Shown here piece by piece: positions 10,285-19,411 of a stretch of 64,000 nucleotides of DNA (position 1 is its first letter; every line of letters starts with the position of its first letter). The notes under the pieces were generated by a model that saw only the letters and a program-made list of their open reading frames with translations, was not told where the DNA came from and ran no database searches. The stretch is from an uncultured Spirochaetales bacterium (GTDB taxonomy: Bacteria > Spirochaetota > Spirochaetia > JABMQR01), in contig CAZMOX010000001.1 of the NCBI GenBank assembly GCA_964567895.1, forward strand, positions 20,992-84,991, in the 5' to 3' direction. The translations under genes were made by a program, and so were the position numbers.

Positions 10285-11100
10285 ATGAAGATTTTTGTAC
10301 TCATAAAGCAGGTTCCCGAGACTGATGGGTTGGTACTGGATGAAGAAACGGGAGCTGTAAAAAGAGACGGTGTTGAATCGATTGTAAATCCCCTCGACCT
10401 GTATGCCCTTGAGTCAGCTTCCAAATTCAAAGAAAAATATGAAAACTGTGAAATAACGGCAATTTCCATGGGTCCCTCCGGGGCTGAGCGGGCACTCAGA
10501 GAAGCCTTGTCCATGGGGGCTGATAAGGCTGTTCTCCTGTCTGACAGAGCCTTTGCAGGCTCTGATACATTTTCAACATCATATATCCTGAGTAAGGGGA
10601 TTGAATCCCTCGGCTTACCGGAACTCATAGTTTGTGGGGAAAAGGCAACAGATGGGGACACATCCCAGGTGGGGCCGAGAACCGCTTCTTTTTTGAATCT
10701 ACCGGTTGTATCTTTTGTCTCAAAGATTACCGTCTCCGGAAGCAAATTGATTCTGGAGAGAATGGTTGAATCAGGGGTGGAAAAGATAGGGGCAGGATTT
10801 CCCTTGCTGATTACAGTAGTAAAGGCTATCGGGGAACCCAGGCTCCCTACTCTTTTCGGAAAAAGAAAGGCCAGGGAAGCTGGAATCCCTGTTGTTGGAG
10901 TGGAGAGTCTGGAGCTGGATAGAAACCTTATTGGAACAGGGGGATCTCCCACAAGGGTGTATAAAATCCATTCGCCTAATATATTCAGAAAGCCGGTAAT
11001 TGTAAACGCCAGGAATGATGATGAGATCGAAACAGCGGTTGAACTGATAATAGATTTTCTTCGTTCGAAAGGGCTTATCCCGGCTGGAGGCAGAGAGTGA
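10285..11100 (+). CDS. etfB: electron transfer flavoprotein beta subunit
   Basis: MKIFVLIKQVPETDGLVLDEETGAVKRDGVESIVNPLDLYALESA is the canonical EtfB/FixA N-terminus. Confidence 0.9.
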   Translation: MKIFVLIKQVPETDGLVLDEETGAVKRDGVESIVNPLDLYALESASKFKEKYENCEITAISMGPSGAERALREALSMGADKAVLLSDRAFAGSDTFSTSYILSKGIESLGLPELIVCGEKATDGDTSQVGPRTASFLNLPVVSFVSKITVSGSKLILERMVESGVEKIGAGFPLLITVVKAIGEPRLPTLFGKRKAREAGIPVVGVESLELDRNLIGTGGSPTRVYKIHSPNIFRKPVIVNARNDDEIETAVELIIDFLRSKGLIPAGGRE

Positions 11101-12095
11101 GCATACGGAGAATATGGGTTCTTGGGGAAACCGGGGACATGAGAATAAAGAAGGTTTCCTTTGAACTTATCGCATGGGCAGCTTCTCTGGGAGATAGAGA
11201 GAGGACTGAAGTTTCCGTTGTTCTTCCCGGAGAGGTGGACAATCCGGAGGAACTTTGTTTTTATGGGGCCGACCGGGTACTTCACCTCAATTATCCCGAG
11301 CTAAACCATTTTTCTCCGATCCCCTGGAGCAACGCTGTCTCCTTTCTGCTAAACGGTACAAGGCCGGATGTTTTCCTGGCTGCGGCAATGACTACGGGCA
11401 AAACACTCATGCCCTATGTTGCCGCGAAGCATGAACTTGGACTGACAGCAGACTGTACAAGTCTTGAGTTTGATATGAAGAGCGGCATACTTCTGCAGAC
11501 ACGTCCCGCTGCAGGGGGTAATATAATGGCTACAATAAAAACGATTAAGGGTCTTCCCCAAATGTCTACTCTACGGCCTAATTCGATCAGGATACTCGAA
11601 CGGGATGAGAGTAGATGTGTATCTGTGGAAGAGATTGCAGTTTCCGAAAACCTGATGGTCCCAAAGCTTGAGTATCTTGGGTTTGAACCCTACAACAAGG
11701 ATGAAAAAGATATCCAGGAAGCGGTTTCCATCGTCGCGGGCGGGAAAGGGATGAAAAAGAAAGACAATTTTCAGCTCCTCGAGAATCTTGCGGTTGTACT
11801 TGGCGCCCAGATAGGTGCTTCAAGGGAAGCTGTCGACAAGGGATGGGTCCCTTATCCTGAACAGATAGGATTGAGTGGAAAAACCGTTACCCCGGATCTT
11901 TATATTGCCGCAGGCATATCCGGGGCAATCCAGCATCTTGCGGGGATGCACACGGCCGGCACGATCATATCTATCAACGAGGATCCTGATGCCCAAATTT
12001 TCAATATATCCGATTATGGCCTTGTCGGGGATCTTTTCAGAATACTCCCTGTGCTGACAGACCGGTTGAGATCAGCCGTCCCGGAGAAGGAATAG
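11097..12095 (+). CDS. etfA: electron transfer flavoprotein alpha subunit (GTG start overlapping the etfB stop)
   Basis: FAD-binding C-terminal motif PDLYIAAGISGAIQHLAGM and a 4-bp overlap with etfB. Confidence 0.85.
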   Translation: MSIRRIWVLGETGDMRIKKVSFELIAWAASLGDRERTEVSVVLPGEVDNPEELCFYGADRVLHLNYPELNHFSPIPWSNAVSFLLNGTRPDVFLAAAMTTGKTLMPYVAAKHELGLTADCTSLEFDMKSGILLQTRPAAGGNIMATIKTIKGLPQMSTLRPNSIRILERDESRCVSVEEIAVSENLMVPKLEYLGFEPYNKDEKDIQEAVSIVAGGKGMKKKDNFQLLENLAVVLGAQIGASREAVDKGWVPYPEQIGLSGKTVTPDLYIAAGISGAIQHLAGMHTAGTIISINEDPDAQIFNISDYGLVGDLFRILPVLTDRLRSAVPEKE

Positions 12096-12099
12096 ACTG

Positions 12100-12825
12100 A
12101 TGAACATGATGAACCAGACCTATCAGAAAGTTTCCGCCGGAATTATTGAGAGGCTTGTTGATATTTGCGGCAAGAGAAACGTTTATACCGGCGAAGAGAA
12201 AATGGAAGCCTACTCTCATGACGAAGTAGCGGAATCTAAATACTTCAGAATGCCGGGGGTCGTAACCAATACGATAAATGATGTCCTGAAAGAAGATGGG
12301 TTATGGTTCGCGGGATATCCCATGAGTCTCGAAACATGTTTTATTGGTGGGAATGTCGCGGATAACAAAACGACAATTGAGAGGATCTGGAATATCCGCA
12401 GGAATATTGCCGAAGCCTTCAAGGTGAAGAGCTCTCATCAGAGTCTGGAGGATATTGTTGTACCCACCGCTGCCATACCTTCATTCATGGATGAACTACA
12501 GCTTCTGATAAAAAAGTATGATATTCCTGTTCCCTGTTATGGACACGCGGGTGACGGAAATCTTCACGCTACTGTTGTAAAGCCTGGCGGGATGTCCCCT
12601 TCTGACTGGGAAGAGAAGCTTCCCCTGCTTCTGGAAGATATCTACAAGATTACCGCCTCTCTGGGATGGGTCATATCCGGGGAACACGGAATTGGGTCAA
12701 AACGGAAAAACTTTATTGGAATAAATCTCTCTCCCGATGAAATAGCCCTTATGAAAAGACTCAAAAAGGCTTTTGACCCCAACTGGATCCTGAATCCCGG
12801 AAAGATATTCCCGGATGAGGACTGA
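12100..12825 (+). CDS. FAD-linked oxidase (GlcD/LctD-like) remnant. The ORF is in frame, but two internal segments (FAD-binding PCMH core and cap region) are missing.
   Basis: The N-terminus YSHDEVAESKYFRMPGVV and the C-terminal FAD-oxidase_C motifs (CYGHAGDGNLH, GEHGIGSKRK, NPGKIF) are present. Only about 70 aa separate them, where full-length members have about 300 aa. Confidence 0.6.
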   Translation: MNMMNQTYQKVSAGIIERLVDICGKRNVYTGEEKMEAYSHDEVAESKYFRMPGVVTNTINDVLKEDGLWFAGYPMSLETCFIGGNVADNKTTIERIWNIRRNIAEAFKVKSSHQSLEDIVVPTAAIPSFMDELQLLIKKYDIPVPCYGHAGDGNLHATVVKPGGMSPSDWEEKLPLLLEDIYKITASLGWVISGEHGIGSKRKNFIGINLSPDEIALMKRLKKAFDPNWILNPGKIFPDED

Positions 12826-13888
12826 CGGTATGATCGACTCGATTATTGATGATGAATTGAAAATGGGAACTTTTCCGGGAATTGTTATTCTTGTCAGAAA
12901 AGAAGGACACATTGTACTTTCTATGGCTAAGGGACAAAGGCAGATATACCCGGATTCTGAAGAAATGACATTCGATACAGTTTTTGATCTTGCTTCTCTG
13001 ACAAAGCCCCTGGCTACGACTGTAACCGCCCTTTCTATCCTGGAAAAAGAGAAATTATCTCCCTTGAGTGAAGCTGGAAAATTTATTCCTGAACTTGCAA
13101 AAGGAACAGCTTCTATTACTCTTCATCAGCTTTTTACCCACACTTCCGGACTTCCGCCTGTACCGGAAATCTTTAGGCTTTTCCCGGTAGAAGATGATAT
13201 TGATCAGGAAAAATCCTTGAGTCATCTTTATTCAATTACTCCAACAGTAAAGCCTGGAGTTCGGGTCATATACAGTTGTACAGGGTATATCCTTCTTACC
13301 CAAATCCTGAAAAGGATAACCGGAAGTGATCTTCCCGAACTATTTACGAGACTTATTACGGTTCCTGGGACAATCGATAGTCTTATGTTCAATCCCCCCG
13401 CGGGAACAGGAAATATCGCCCCTACCGAATATTGTTCCTGGCGAAAGAGATGGCTTAAGGGGGAGGTTCATGACGAGAATTCATACTGCCTGGAGGGGGC
13501 GGGAGGTAATGCCGGACTATTTGGGACTGCTTCCGGTGTACTGGAAATACTCAGTCTGTTTAGGGATGACGGGGTTCTGAATAACAATCAAGTCCTCTCA
13601 AAGAAGAGTGTGAGGCTGATGACTTCTAATCAAACCCCCGGCCTTTCGCCAAAAAGGGCATATGGATTTCTGATGCAGGATGAGGGGGTCATGGCTGGAC
13701 CTGCCTTTAGTCCGGAGGCTTTCGGTCATACAGGTTTTACCGGCACAAGTGTCTGGATCGATCCGGATAGAAAACTTGAGTTTGTGATTTTCACTAACAG
13801 GGTTCACCTTGGAAGGAATACAAACAGCGATAAGATCAAATCCTTCAGGGAAAGGATACATACCGCCCTTGTCCGGGAACTTTGCTAA
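12815..13888 (+). CDS. serine hydrolase, beta-lactamase/AmpH-like family
   Basis: Active-site S-x-x-K motif in FDLASLTKPLATT. At 357 aa the size fits class C beta-lactamase or PBP-like esterases. Confidence 0.75.
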   Translation: MRTDGMIDSIIDDELKMGTFPGIVILVRKEGHIVLSMAKGQRQIYPDSEEMTFDTVFDLASLTKPLATTVTALSILEKEKLSPLSEAGKFIPELAKGTASITLHQLFTHTSGLPPVPEIFRLFPVEDDIDQEKSLSHLYSITPTVKPGVRVIYSCTGYILLTQILKRITGSDLPELFTRLITVPGTIDSLMFNPPAGTGNIAPTEYCSWRKRWLKGEVHDENSYCLEGAGGNAGLFGTASGVLEILSLFRDDGVLNNNQVLSKKSVRLMTSNQTPGLSPKRAYGFLMQDEGVMAGPAFSPEAFGHTGFTGTSVWIDPDRKLEFVIFTNRVHLGRNTNSDKIKSFRERIHTALVRELC

Positions 13889-13900
13889 ACCGCGCTGACT

Positions 13901-14755
13901 TTACTTAGTGAATCTCTTAATTGCCCTTACCTTTCTGGTTCTATCCAGATACTTTTTTATTTCCGGATATTCAATGCTGCCCACACCGGTAAAAAGGATA
14001 TCAATGACATTCAATTGAGCAATACGTGAGCCGCGGGCCCCGCTTCTCATACTTGTTTCGGGGGAGGATATAAACAATTTGATGTCCGCTTTTTCGCTTA
14101 AAGTATTATTTCCGAATTTTGTGATTGAAATTGTTGTGGCACCTGTCGTTTTTGCAATTTTTATAGTCTCAACCATATCTCTTGTCTCTCCTGAATAGGA
14201 GATAAATACCGCTACATCCACCATTGAAAGGTTCGCCGCGGCGGTTGCCTGAAGATGAGTGTCCGCGTAGGCCATTGAATATCTGTTGATCCTCATAAAT
14301 TTCTGCTGGGCATCAAGAGCAATGATTCCTGATGCTCCTACACCATAGAAATCGATTCGTTTTGACATATGCAGGACATCTACAGCCCTTTTAATCTCCT
14401 TCGGATCCAGAACAAGGAGGGTATCAGTTATCGATTTTTTATTATTGTGAGAAACATTCTTGATTATCGTATCGAGATTATCTCCGACCCGAATATCTGT
14501 ATATATCTCTTCATTTTCCTTTGTCGATGAGATGTCGGAAGCCATCTTGATTGCAAATTCCCTGTATCCCTCAAATCTCAGGGTTTTACAGAAACGGATA
14601 ACAGCCGCATTGCTGGTGTTGCACCTTTCCGCGAGTTCTCCAACAGAAAGTCCAACGGATTCCTCTGGAAAATTGAGTATATAACTGGCAACCTTTTTTT
14701 CTGATGGTTTTAAATCGTTTAATGCTTCTTTAACTTTTAAAAGACATCCGTTCAT
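13901..14755 (-). CDS. MurR/RpiR-family transcriptional regulator (HTH plus SIS domain)
   Basis: The HTH VGELAERCNTSNAAVIRFCKTLRFEGYREF is typical of RpiR, with a C-terminal SIS domain. It overlaps the upstream nagZ by 4 bp. Confidence 0.8.
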   Translation of the reverse strand: MNGCLLKVKEALNDLKPSEKKVASYILNFPEESVGLSVGELAERCNTSNAAVIRFCKTLRFEGYREFAIKMASDISSTKENEEIYTDIRVGDNLDTIIKNVSHNNKKSITDTLLVLDPKEIKRAVDVLHMSKRIDFYGVGASGIIALDAQQKFMRINRYSMAYADTHLQATAAANLSMVDVAVFISYSGETRDMVETIKIAKTTGATTISITKFGNNTLSEKADIKLFISSPETSMRSGARGSRIAQLNVIDILFTGVGSIEYPEIKKYLDRTRKVRAIKRFTK

Positions 14756-16254
14756 TTAACAGTCTCCGTATTAGATTTTATGAATAGTTTTTGCAATATT
14801 TCTTTCTGCTGGCTGCTACTATATCCAAATGAGCAAATTGCATTTTCAATACCCCTGATATCTGCATCATAGGGGTTCCTTAGCGCGATCAGCACAAGAT
14901 CATCAGAAAGCCTGGCTAGCTTCTCTATGAACTCTACCTGTGAGAGTGCAAGGTGTGCGTTTTCTGTAAAGATGATATTTCGTTTCCCTGCCGCAGTCTT
15001 TAACAGGGAAGCTGATTCTTCTTTAGAAATTTCCCTGCTGTAAACAGTTATAGGACACTTCAGGAACTCTCCGGTTCTGGTCACAGCCATGTGTATTCCC
15101 TGCAGGGTGTCTTCCACCAGTACAAGCCTGGCTGCTTTAACCGCAAAAATATTGTCAACCCTGTTTAAGGGGATAAGATTGCTCCTGTTTTTCCGTATTC
15201 TTACCGATTCTGAGGATATTCTGTCCATTTCAACCCTGTTGTCCTCAAATTCCAAACGGATATCAGCAGGGGGTTCTGTTTCTTTACGCTGCCTGAACAG
15301 ATTTTCAATCCTGCCCGCGGCCCCGGAGATTCTTTCCGCGAGCTTATCGTTTTCGACAATCTTCCCATCCAGAAACTTCCTGACTTGTATCTGTTTTTCC
15401 GTATTATCACAGAAAGAGATCATGTCCATCCCCGCTTCCAGTGTTTTTAATGCGATTTCTTCAGGGGGATAGAAATTGGACACTCCCCCCATATTGAGAT
15501 CATCTGCAATAAGAACTCCTTCATACTTTAATTCATCCCGGATCATATCTGTAAGGACTTCCCTGGAAACAGTTATAGGCTCCTTTGAAGTCTGGATTGC
15601 AGGTACATGGATATGTGTAGGCATCCAGCTTGGAGAATTAATAGCAAGAAAGGGCGCAAGTTCAGTCCGGTATATCTCATCCCTGGAAATATTGAGAATG
15701 GGCATATCCAGATGAGGATCGGTAACAACTCTTCCGATTCCGGGAAAGTGTTTCAGGCATGTTATGATCCCGCTCTCCCTCAAGCCTGCTGTAAACTTCG
15801 AAGCATACTCAATTACAGTATCCTTGTCCCTGGAAAAACTCCGAATACCGATACCCGGGTTCTGAGAATTATTGTTGATATCGACCACCGGCGCAAGGTT
15901 CCAGTCAATACCGACTGCCTTCATTTCTGATCCGAGTATTATTCCTGCTCTGTATGCATTGTTCGGATTCTCTGTAGATGCCAACGCCATGGCGCTGGGT
16001 GAAACAGTAAATCCCTTTGTAAGTCTTGTGACTATTCCTCCCTCCTGATCAATTGCTATGAGTGGTTTATAGCCAAGGAAGTCTGTAATTCCCCTGATAA
16101 AAGCTACAACCTGCTCTCTATCTTTTATATTTCGCCCAAACAGAATGACTGATCCCGGCCGTACTACCTCAAGCACTCTTTTCGCCGGATCATTAATTTC
16201 CGAGGAGGGTAATCCAATCATGAAAATTTTTCCGGTCAGCTCCTTCAAATCCAT
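14752..16254 (-). CDS. nagZ: beta-N-acetylhexosaminidase (glycoside hydrolase family 3)
   Basis: GH3 N-terminal motifs LIAIDQEGGIVTRL and KHFPGIGRVVTDPHLDMP. The protein is 500 aa. Confidence 0.85.
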   Translation of the reverse strand: MDLKELTGKIFMIGLPSSEINDPAKRVLEVVRPGSVILFGRNIKDREQVVAFIRGITDFLGYKPLIAIDQEGGIVTRLTKGFTVSPSAMALASTENPNNAYRAGIILGSEMKAVGIDWNLAPVVDINNNSQNPGIGIRSFSRDKDTVIEYASKFTAGLRESGIITCLKHFPGIGRVVTDPHLDMPILNISRDEIYRTELAPFLAINSPSWMPTHIHVPAIQTSKEPITVSREVLTDMIRDELKYEGVLIADDLNMGGVSNFYPPEEIALKTLEAGMDMISFCDNTEKQIQVRKFLDGKIVENDKLAERISGAAGRIENLFRQRKETEPPADIRLEFEDNRVEMDRISSESVRIRKNRSNLIPLNRVDNIFAVKAARLVLVEDTLQGIHMAVTRTGEFLKCPITVYSREISKEESASLLKTAAGKRNIIFTENAHLALSQVEFIEKLARLSDDLVLIALRNPYDADIRGIENAICSFGYSSSQQKEILQKLFIKSNTETVK

Positions 16255-16413
16255 TTTGGTATTGTAACATGAACATACGCATGTTACAATATATATTTTT
16301 ATAGATGGTAATTTGTTTTGAAATATATTTTTATAAGCTTTTTGTGTTCTGTTATTTCTGATCTGATCGATTCAGCTTCCTGTAAAAAAAACCATACTCT
16401 TTCAACAGCTGTT

Positions 16414-17490
16414 TCATGGGATCATTGTGCCTGAAATCCCCAGTCCCGGAGCTTCAGGCAGCGTTATTACAGTACCATGATATTCGGTACCACCTTTTTC
16501 CTTTTTCTCGCTGCAGAGAAGGGGCACATCAAGATCCACCTCCCGGACTACTGCTCTCGCCGCTGCCAAATGAGCAGCGGCGGTCAAGCCTGCATGGCTC
16601 TCCATCATTGATCCAACCATACAGAAAAGACCGGCTGTTTCTGCAATATCCGCTATTTTAACCGCATTGTAGATCCCCCCGGACTTCATAAGTTTGATGT
16701 TTATTCCGTCAGCCGCTCCCATATTAACGATCCTCAGAGCATCCGCAGGGGAAAAAACACTTTCGTCTGCTATCACCGGAACCGTCACCCTCTCTCTGAC
16801 ATAACGCATTCCTTCAAAATCATCCGCACCAACAGGCTGTTCTACAAAATCGAGCCCGATACCCTCATTCTGCATGAGGTTTACAATCTCTACCGCTTCT
16901 TTCGGTTTCCATCCCTGGTTTGCATCAATTCTGAGCCTTACATCCGAGCCTGCCGCTTCCCGGACAGCCTTAATTCTGGCTAAATCCATTTCGGTATTTC
17001 CGCCGACCTTGATTTTTAGTATTTTTACTCCCTGACGCACTGCTTCCATGCTCTCTTCTGCCATCTCCTCAGGTGAATTAAGGCTGATAGTAAGATCTGT
17101 AACAAGGGTGTTTCTGAATCCCCCCAGAAGCCTGTAGACCGGTGCTGAATAGAACTTTCCATACAGATCGTAAATGGCCATATCCACTGCAGCTTTCGCG
17201 GAAGTGTTTCCGGCCATGGAGCCGTTGATTTTCTGCATTATTATTTCCAGGTTTCTGATATCGAGTCCTACTATCCTGTCTATGATAAACTGTATACCTT
17301 CTGTTATAGAACCAGCTGTATCCCCTGTTATCACAGCAGTCGGGGCGGCGCCGCCGTACCCGGTTTTATCGGAGTCAGTGGTAATCTCGATCAGAATATT
17401 CTCAATGGATTCGAGGGTTCTCAAGGCAGTCTTGAATGGTCTTTTCAGACCTGTTGACATCCGACTAATTTTTACTCCTGTTATCAGCAT
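16414..17490 (-). CDS. enolase-superfamily dipeptide epimerase (L-Ala-D/L-Glu epimerase-like, MR/MLE family)
   Basis: 358 aa. The capping and barrel domains carry metal-binding acidic residues in the MR/MLE pattern (IDANQGW...DESV...), as in muropeptide-recycling epimerases. Confidence 0.7.
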   Translation of the reverse strand: MLITGVKISRMSTGLKRPFKTALRTLESIENILIEITTDSDKTGYGGAAPTAVITGDTAGSITEGIQFIIDRIVGLDIRNLEIIMQKINGSMAGNTSAKAAVDMAIYDLYGKFYSAPVYRLLGGFRNTLVTDLTISLNSPEEMAEESMEAVRQGVKILKIKVGGNTEMDLARIKAVREAAGSDVRLRIDANQGWKPKEAVEIVNLMQNEGIGLDFVEQPVGADDFEGMRYVRERVTVPVIADESVFSPADALRIVNMGAADGINIKLMKSGGIYNAVKIADIAETAGLFCMVGSMMESHAGLTAAAHLAAARAVVREVDLDVPLLCSEKKEKGGTEYHGTVITLPEAPGLGISGTMIP

Positions 17491-17495
17491 AAATT

Positions 17496-17927
17496 CTATG
17501 TAATTCCTTTCTGTTGGTTTTTCCAGTCTGATCTGATCCTCATAAGGTTGGCGGTGTCTGATAATTCTGAAATTGTCTTGACTGCACCGGTGTTCTCTAC
17601 CAAGTGATTATAGTGATTATAGTGATTATAGTGATTATGATCATACCACCGGTGCCAGGTTCCAGTCAATGCCAGCTGCCCTGTACGCATTGTCCGGATT
17701 CTTTGTAGATGCCAGCGCCATGGCACCGGGTGAAACAGTAAATCCTTCCGTAAGTCTTCAATTGCCCTGATAAAACCTACAACCTGCTCTCTATCTTTTA
17801 TATTTCGCCCAAACAGAATGACTGATCCCGGCTGTACTACCTCAAGCACTCTTTTCGCCGGATCATCAATTTCCGGGGAGGGTAATCCAATCATGAAAAC
17901 TTTTCCGCTCAGCTCATCTAAATCCAT
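17496..17927 (-). pseudogene. decayed duplicate of the nagZ 5' end. About 58 N-terminal codons are conserved, followed by out-of-frame junk with internal deletions.
   Basis: The translation MDLDELSGKVFMIGLPSPEIDDPAKRVLEVVQPGSVILFGRNIKDREQVV closely matches the NagZ N-terminus at 16254. The DNA of 17648-18000 aligns to 15890-16350 with two deletions. Confidence 0.8.
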
Positions 17928-18073
17928 TTTGGTATTTTAACATGAACATAAATGTGTTACATATATATATTTTTATAAGCTTTTTGTGTTCTGTTATTTC
18001 TGATTTGATCCTCGTAAGTTTGGCGATATCTGATAATTCTGAAACTGCCTTGACAGCACCGATGTTCTCTACC
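17524..18073. repeat. segmental duplication of the nagZ 5' end and promoter region, with deletions. A ~75-bp element (ttctgatctgatcctcataaggttggcggtgtctgataattctgaaattgtcttgactgcaccggtgttctctacc) sits at both ends, at 17524-17600 and 17997-18073. Its beginning also occurs at 16356.
   Basis: Direct DNA comparison with 15890-16385. Confidence 0.8.
17604..17639. repeat. 9-bp microsatellite (gtgattata) x4, at the junction of the duplicated nagZ fragment
   Basis: The sequence gtgattatagtgattatagtgattatagtgattatg is directly visible. Confidence 0.9.
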
Positions 18074-18692
18074 TTGCGAATTTCTCAACTATGCTAAATC
18101 CGCTTTTTATGAGAAGGTAGTATACAATCATTCTCGGGATCCGTGAAAAACAGGCAATAAATACCTTTTTTGATGGTACTTCCAACAATCCGGCAATCCA
18201 GCAAATAGTGGAAAAAGGAATCGGAGTAAAACCGGCTATAACTACTGCCCAGGCTCCATATCGGTTGATTAATGACTCTCCCCGTTTTCTGTAAGAACTT
18301 GTCACCCTTTGCACATAGCGGAAGTGATTAAAACTTCTTGCTATCCAGTATCCCAAATATCCTCCAAGAATTGATGCTGCTGACATTACAGATAAAAGTA
18401 AATAGGGATCCCACTCCATAGCAAATGGAAAAACGACATCGGCAGTAGTCGGGATAATAATGGCATCAACAACAAAGATATAAATTGCTACACCACTATA
18501 CCCAAGCTCCCTTCCAAGCCATATACCGATTTTTGCCAACTGTTCACGGAAAAGCAGGCCGAGGATACCATATATAACCAATATAGCTGCGGCTAATAGG
18601 AATGTTTTAATAATGAGAGATTTCCACTGCAGCGGTTGGTCAATAATATCTTGTTTAGAATCCTTTTGTTCCATGCTCTTATATTTCTCCAT
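18069..18692 (-). CDS. DedA/TVP38 (VTT-domain) family membrane protein
   Basis: 207-aa multi-pass membrane protein. The VTT-like core (GYLGYWIARSF...TPIPFSTICWIAGLLEVP) is typical of the DedA family. Confidence 0.65.
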   Translation of the reverse strand: MEKYKSMEQKDSKQDIIDQPLQWKSLIIKTFLLAAAILVIYGILGLLFREQLAKIGIWLGRELGYSGVAIYIFVVDAIIIPTTADVVFPFAMEWDPYLLLSVMSAASILGGYLGYWIARSFNHFRYVQRVTSSYRKRGESLINRYGAWAVVIAGFTPIPFSTICWIAGLLEVPSKKVFIACFSRIPRMIVYYLLIKSGFSIVEKFAR

Positions 18693-19398
18693 GCAGGTAA
18701 GCTACCCGCTCCTCTTCAGGGAATTTCTCAATAGCGTATCGAAGCATCGTGCGGGGCATAGATTTATACCGGGTATCAAGGTAATCCCGTTCGGCCTGAG
18801 GATCTCTATTTCCTACCTCTCTCAGCATCCACCCTACTGCTTTATGGATAAGGTCATGAGGATGATCAAAGAGGATATCTGCAATCTTAAGTGTGGTAGT
18901 ATAATCCTGCTGCCTGATAAAATAGTAGGTCGTTATTATGGCTATTCGCTGATGCCAGAGATTGTCAGCAGTTGCCAGCTCTACTAATTTTGTCCGATCT
19001 CTTCCGTAAAACCAGGGGCCCAGTATTTTGGGACAGGTAACATCGACAAGATCCCAGTTATTAATCCAGTCCATATGGGTTACATAGAAATCAACATAGG
19101 GTTTTGGATCTGATCTCCCCGATCGGCTTTCAGCACCTGCAACAAGCATGAGTAGTGCTGTCATTCGGTGATCATGTACTTCAGACATGATCAATATACT
19201 CAACTGATCCAAAGGACAGTCACGAAAATTGAGTCGCGCAATTTTTCTCTGTTCAGGGATTGTGATGCCGAGAAATCTATCATCTTCCCCATATTGTCCG
19301 GGACCGGTTTTAAAAAACCTCTCCAACTGTTTAGCTTTTTCAGGGTTGGCCAGAGCTTCCAGTTCACTCATTATAGTTTCAGCAAGTACCATGAACAC
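18679..19398 (-). CDS. DNA alkylation repair enzyme (AlkD-like HEAT-repeat glycosylase family)
   Basis: The fold pattern LEALANPEKAKQLERFFKTGPGQYGEDDRFLGI...WDLVD is characteristic of the DNA_alkylation family. Confidence 0.65.
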   Translation of the reverse strand: MFMVLAETIMSELEALANPEKAKQLERFFKTGPGQYGEDDRFLGITIPEQRKIARLNFRDCPLDQLSILIMSEVHDHRMTALLMLVAGAESRSGRSDPKPYVDFYVTHMDWINNWDLVDVTCPKILGPWFYGRDRTKLVELATADNLWHQRIAIITTYYFIRQQDYTTTLKIADILFDHPHDLIHKAVGWMLREVGNRDPQAERDYLDTRYKSMPRTMLRYAIEKFPEEERVAYLHGEI

Positions 19399-19411
19399 TC
19401 CTTCTGTGATG

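Noticed and set aside
12100-12825. Annotating the short GlcD-like ORF as an intact glycolate oxidase or lactate dehydrogenase subunit
   Set aside because: The FAD-binding PCMH core is absent, so catalytic function is unlikely. It is kept as a remnant or degenerate CDS instead.
15089-15930. ORFs 15089-15472, 15476-15715 and 15607-15930 on the + strand
   Set aside because: They lie antisense within the nagZ coding region, have no motifs, and are typical shadow ORFs.
17604-17639. Possible CRISPR array at the gtgattata repeats
   Set aside because: The repeat unit is only 9 bp with no spacers and no cas genes. It is a microsatellite at a duplication junction.
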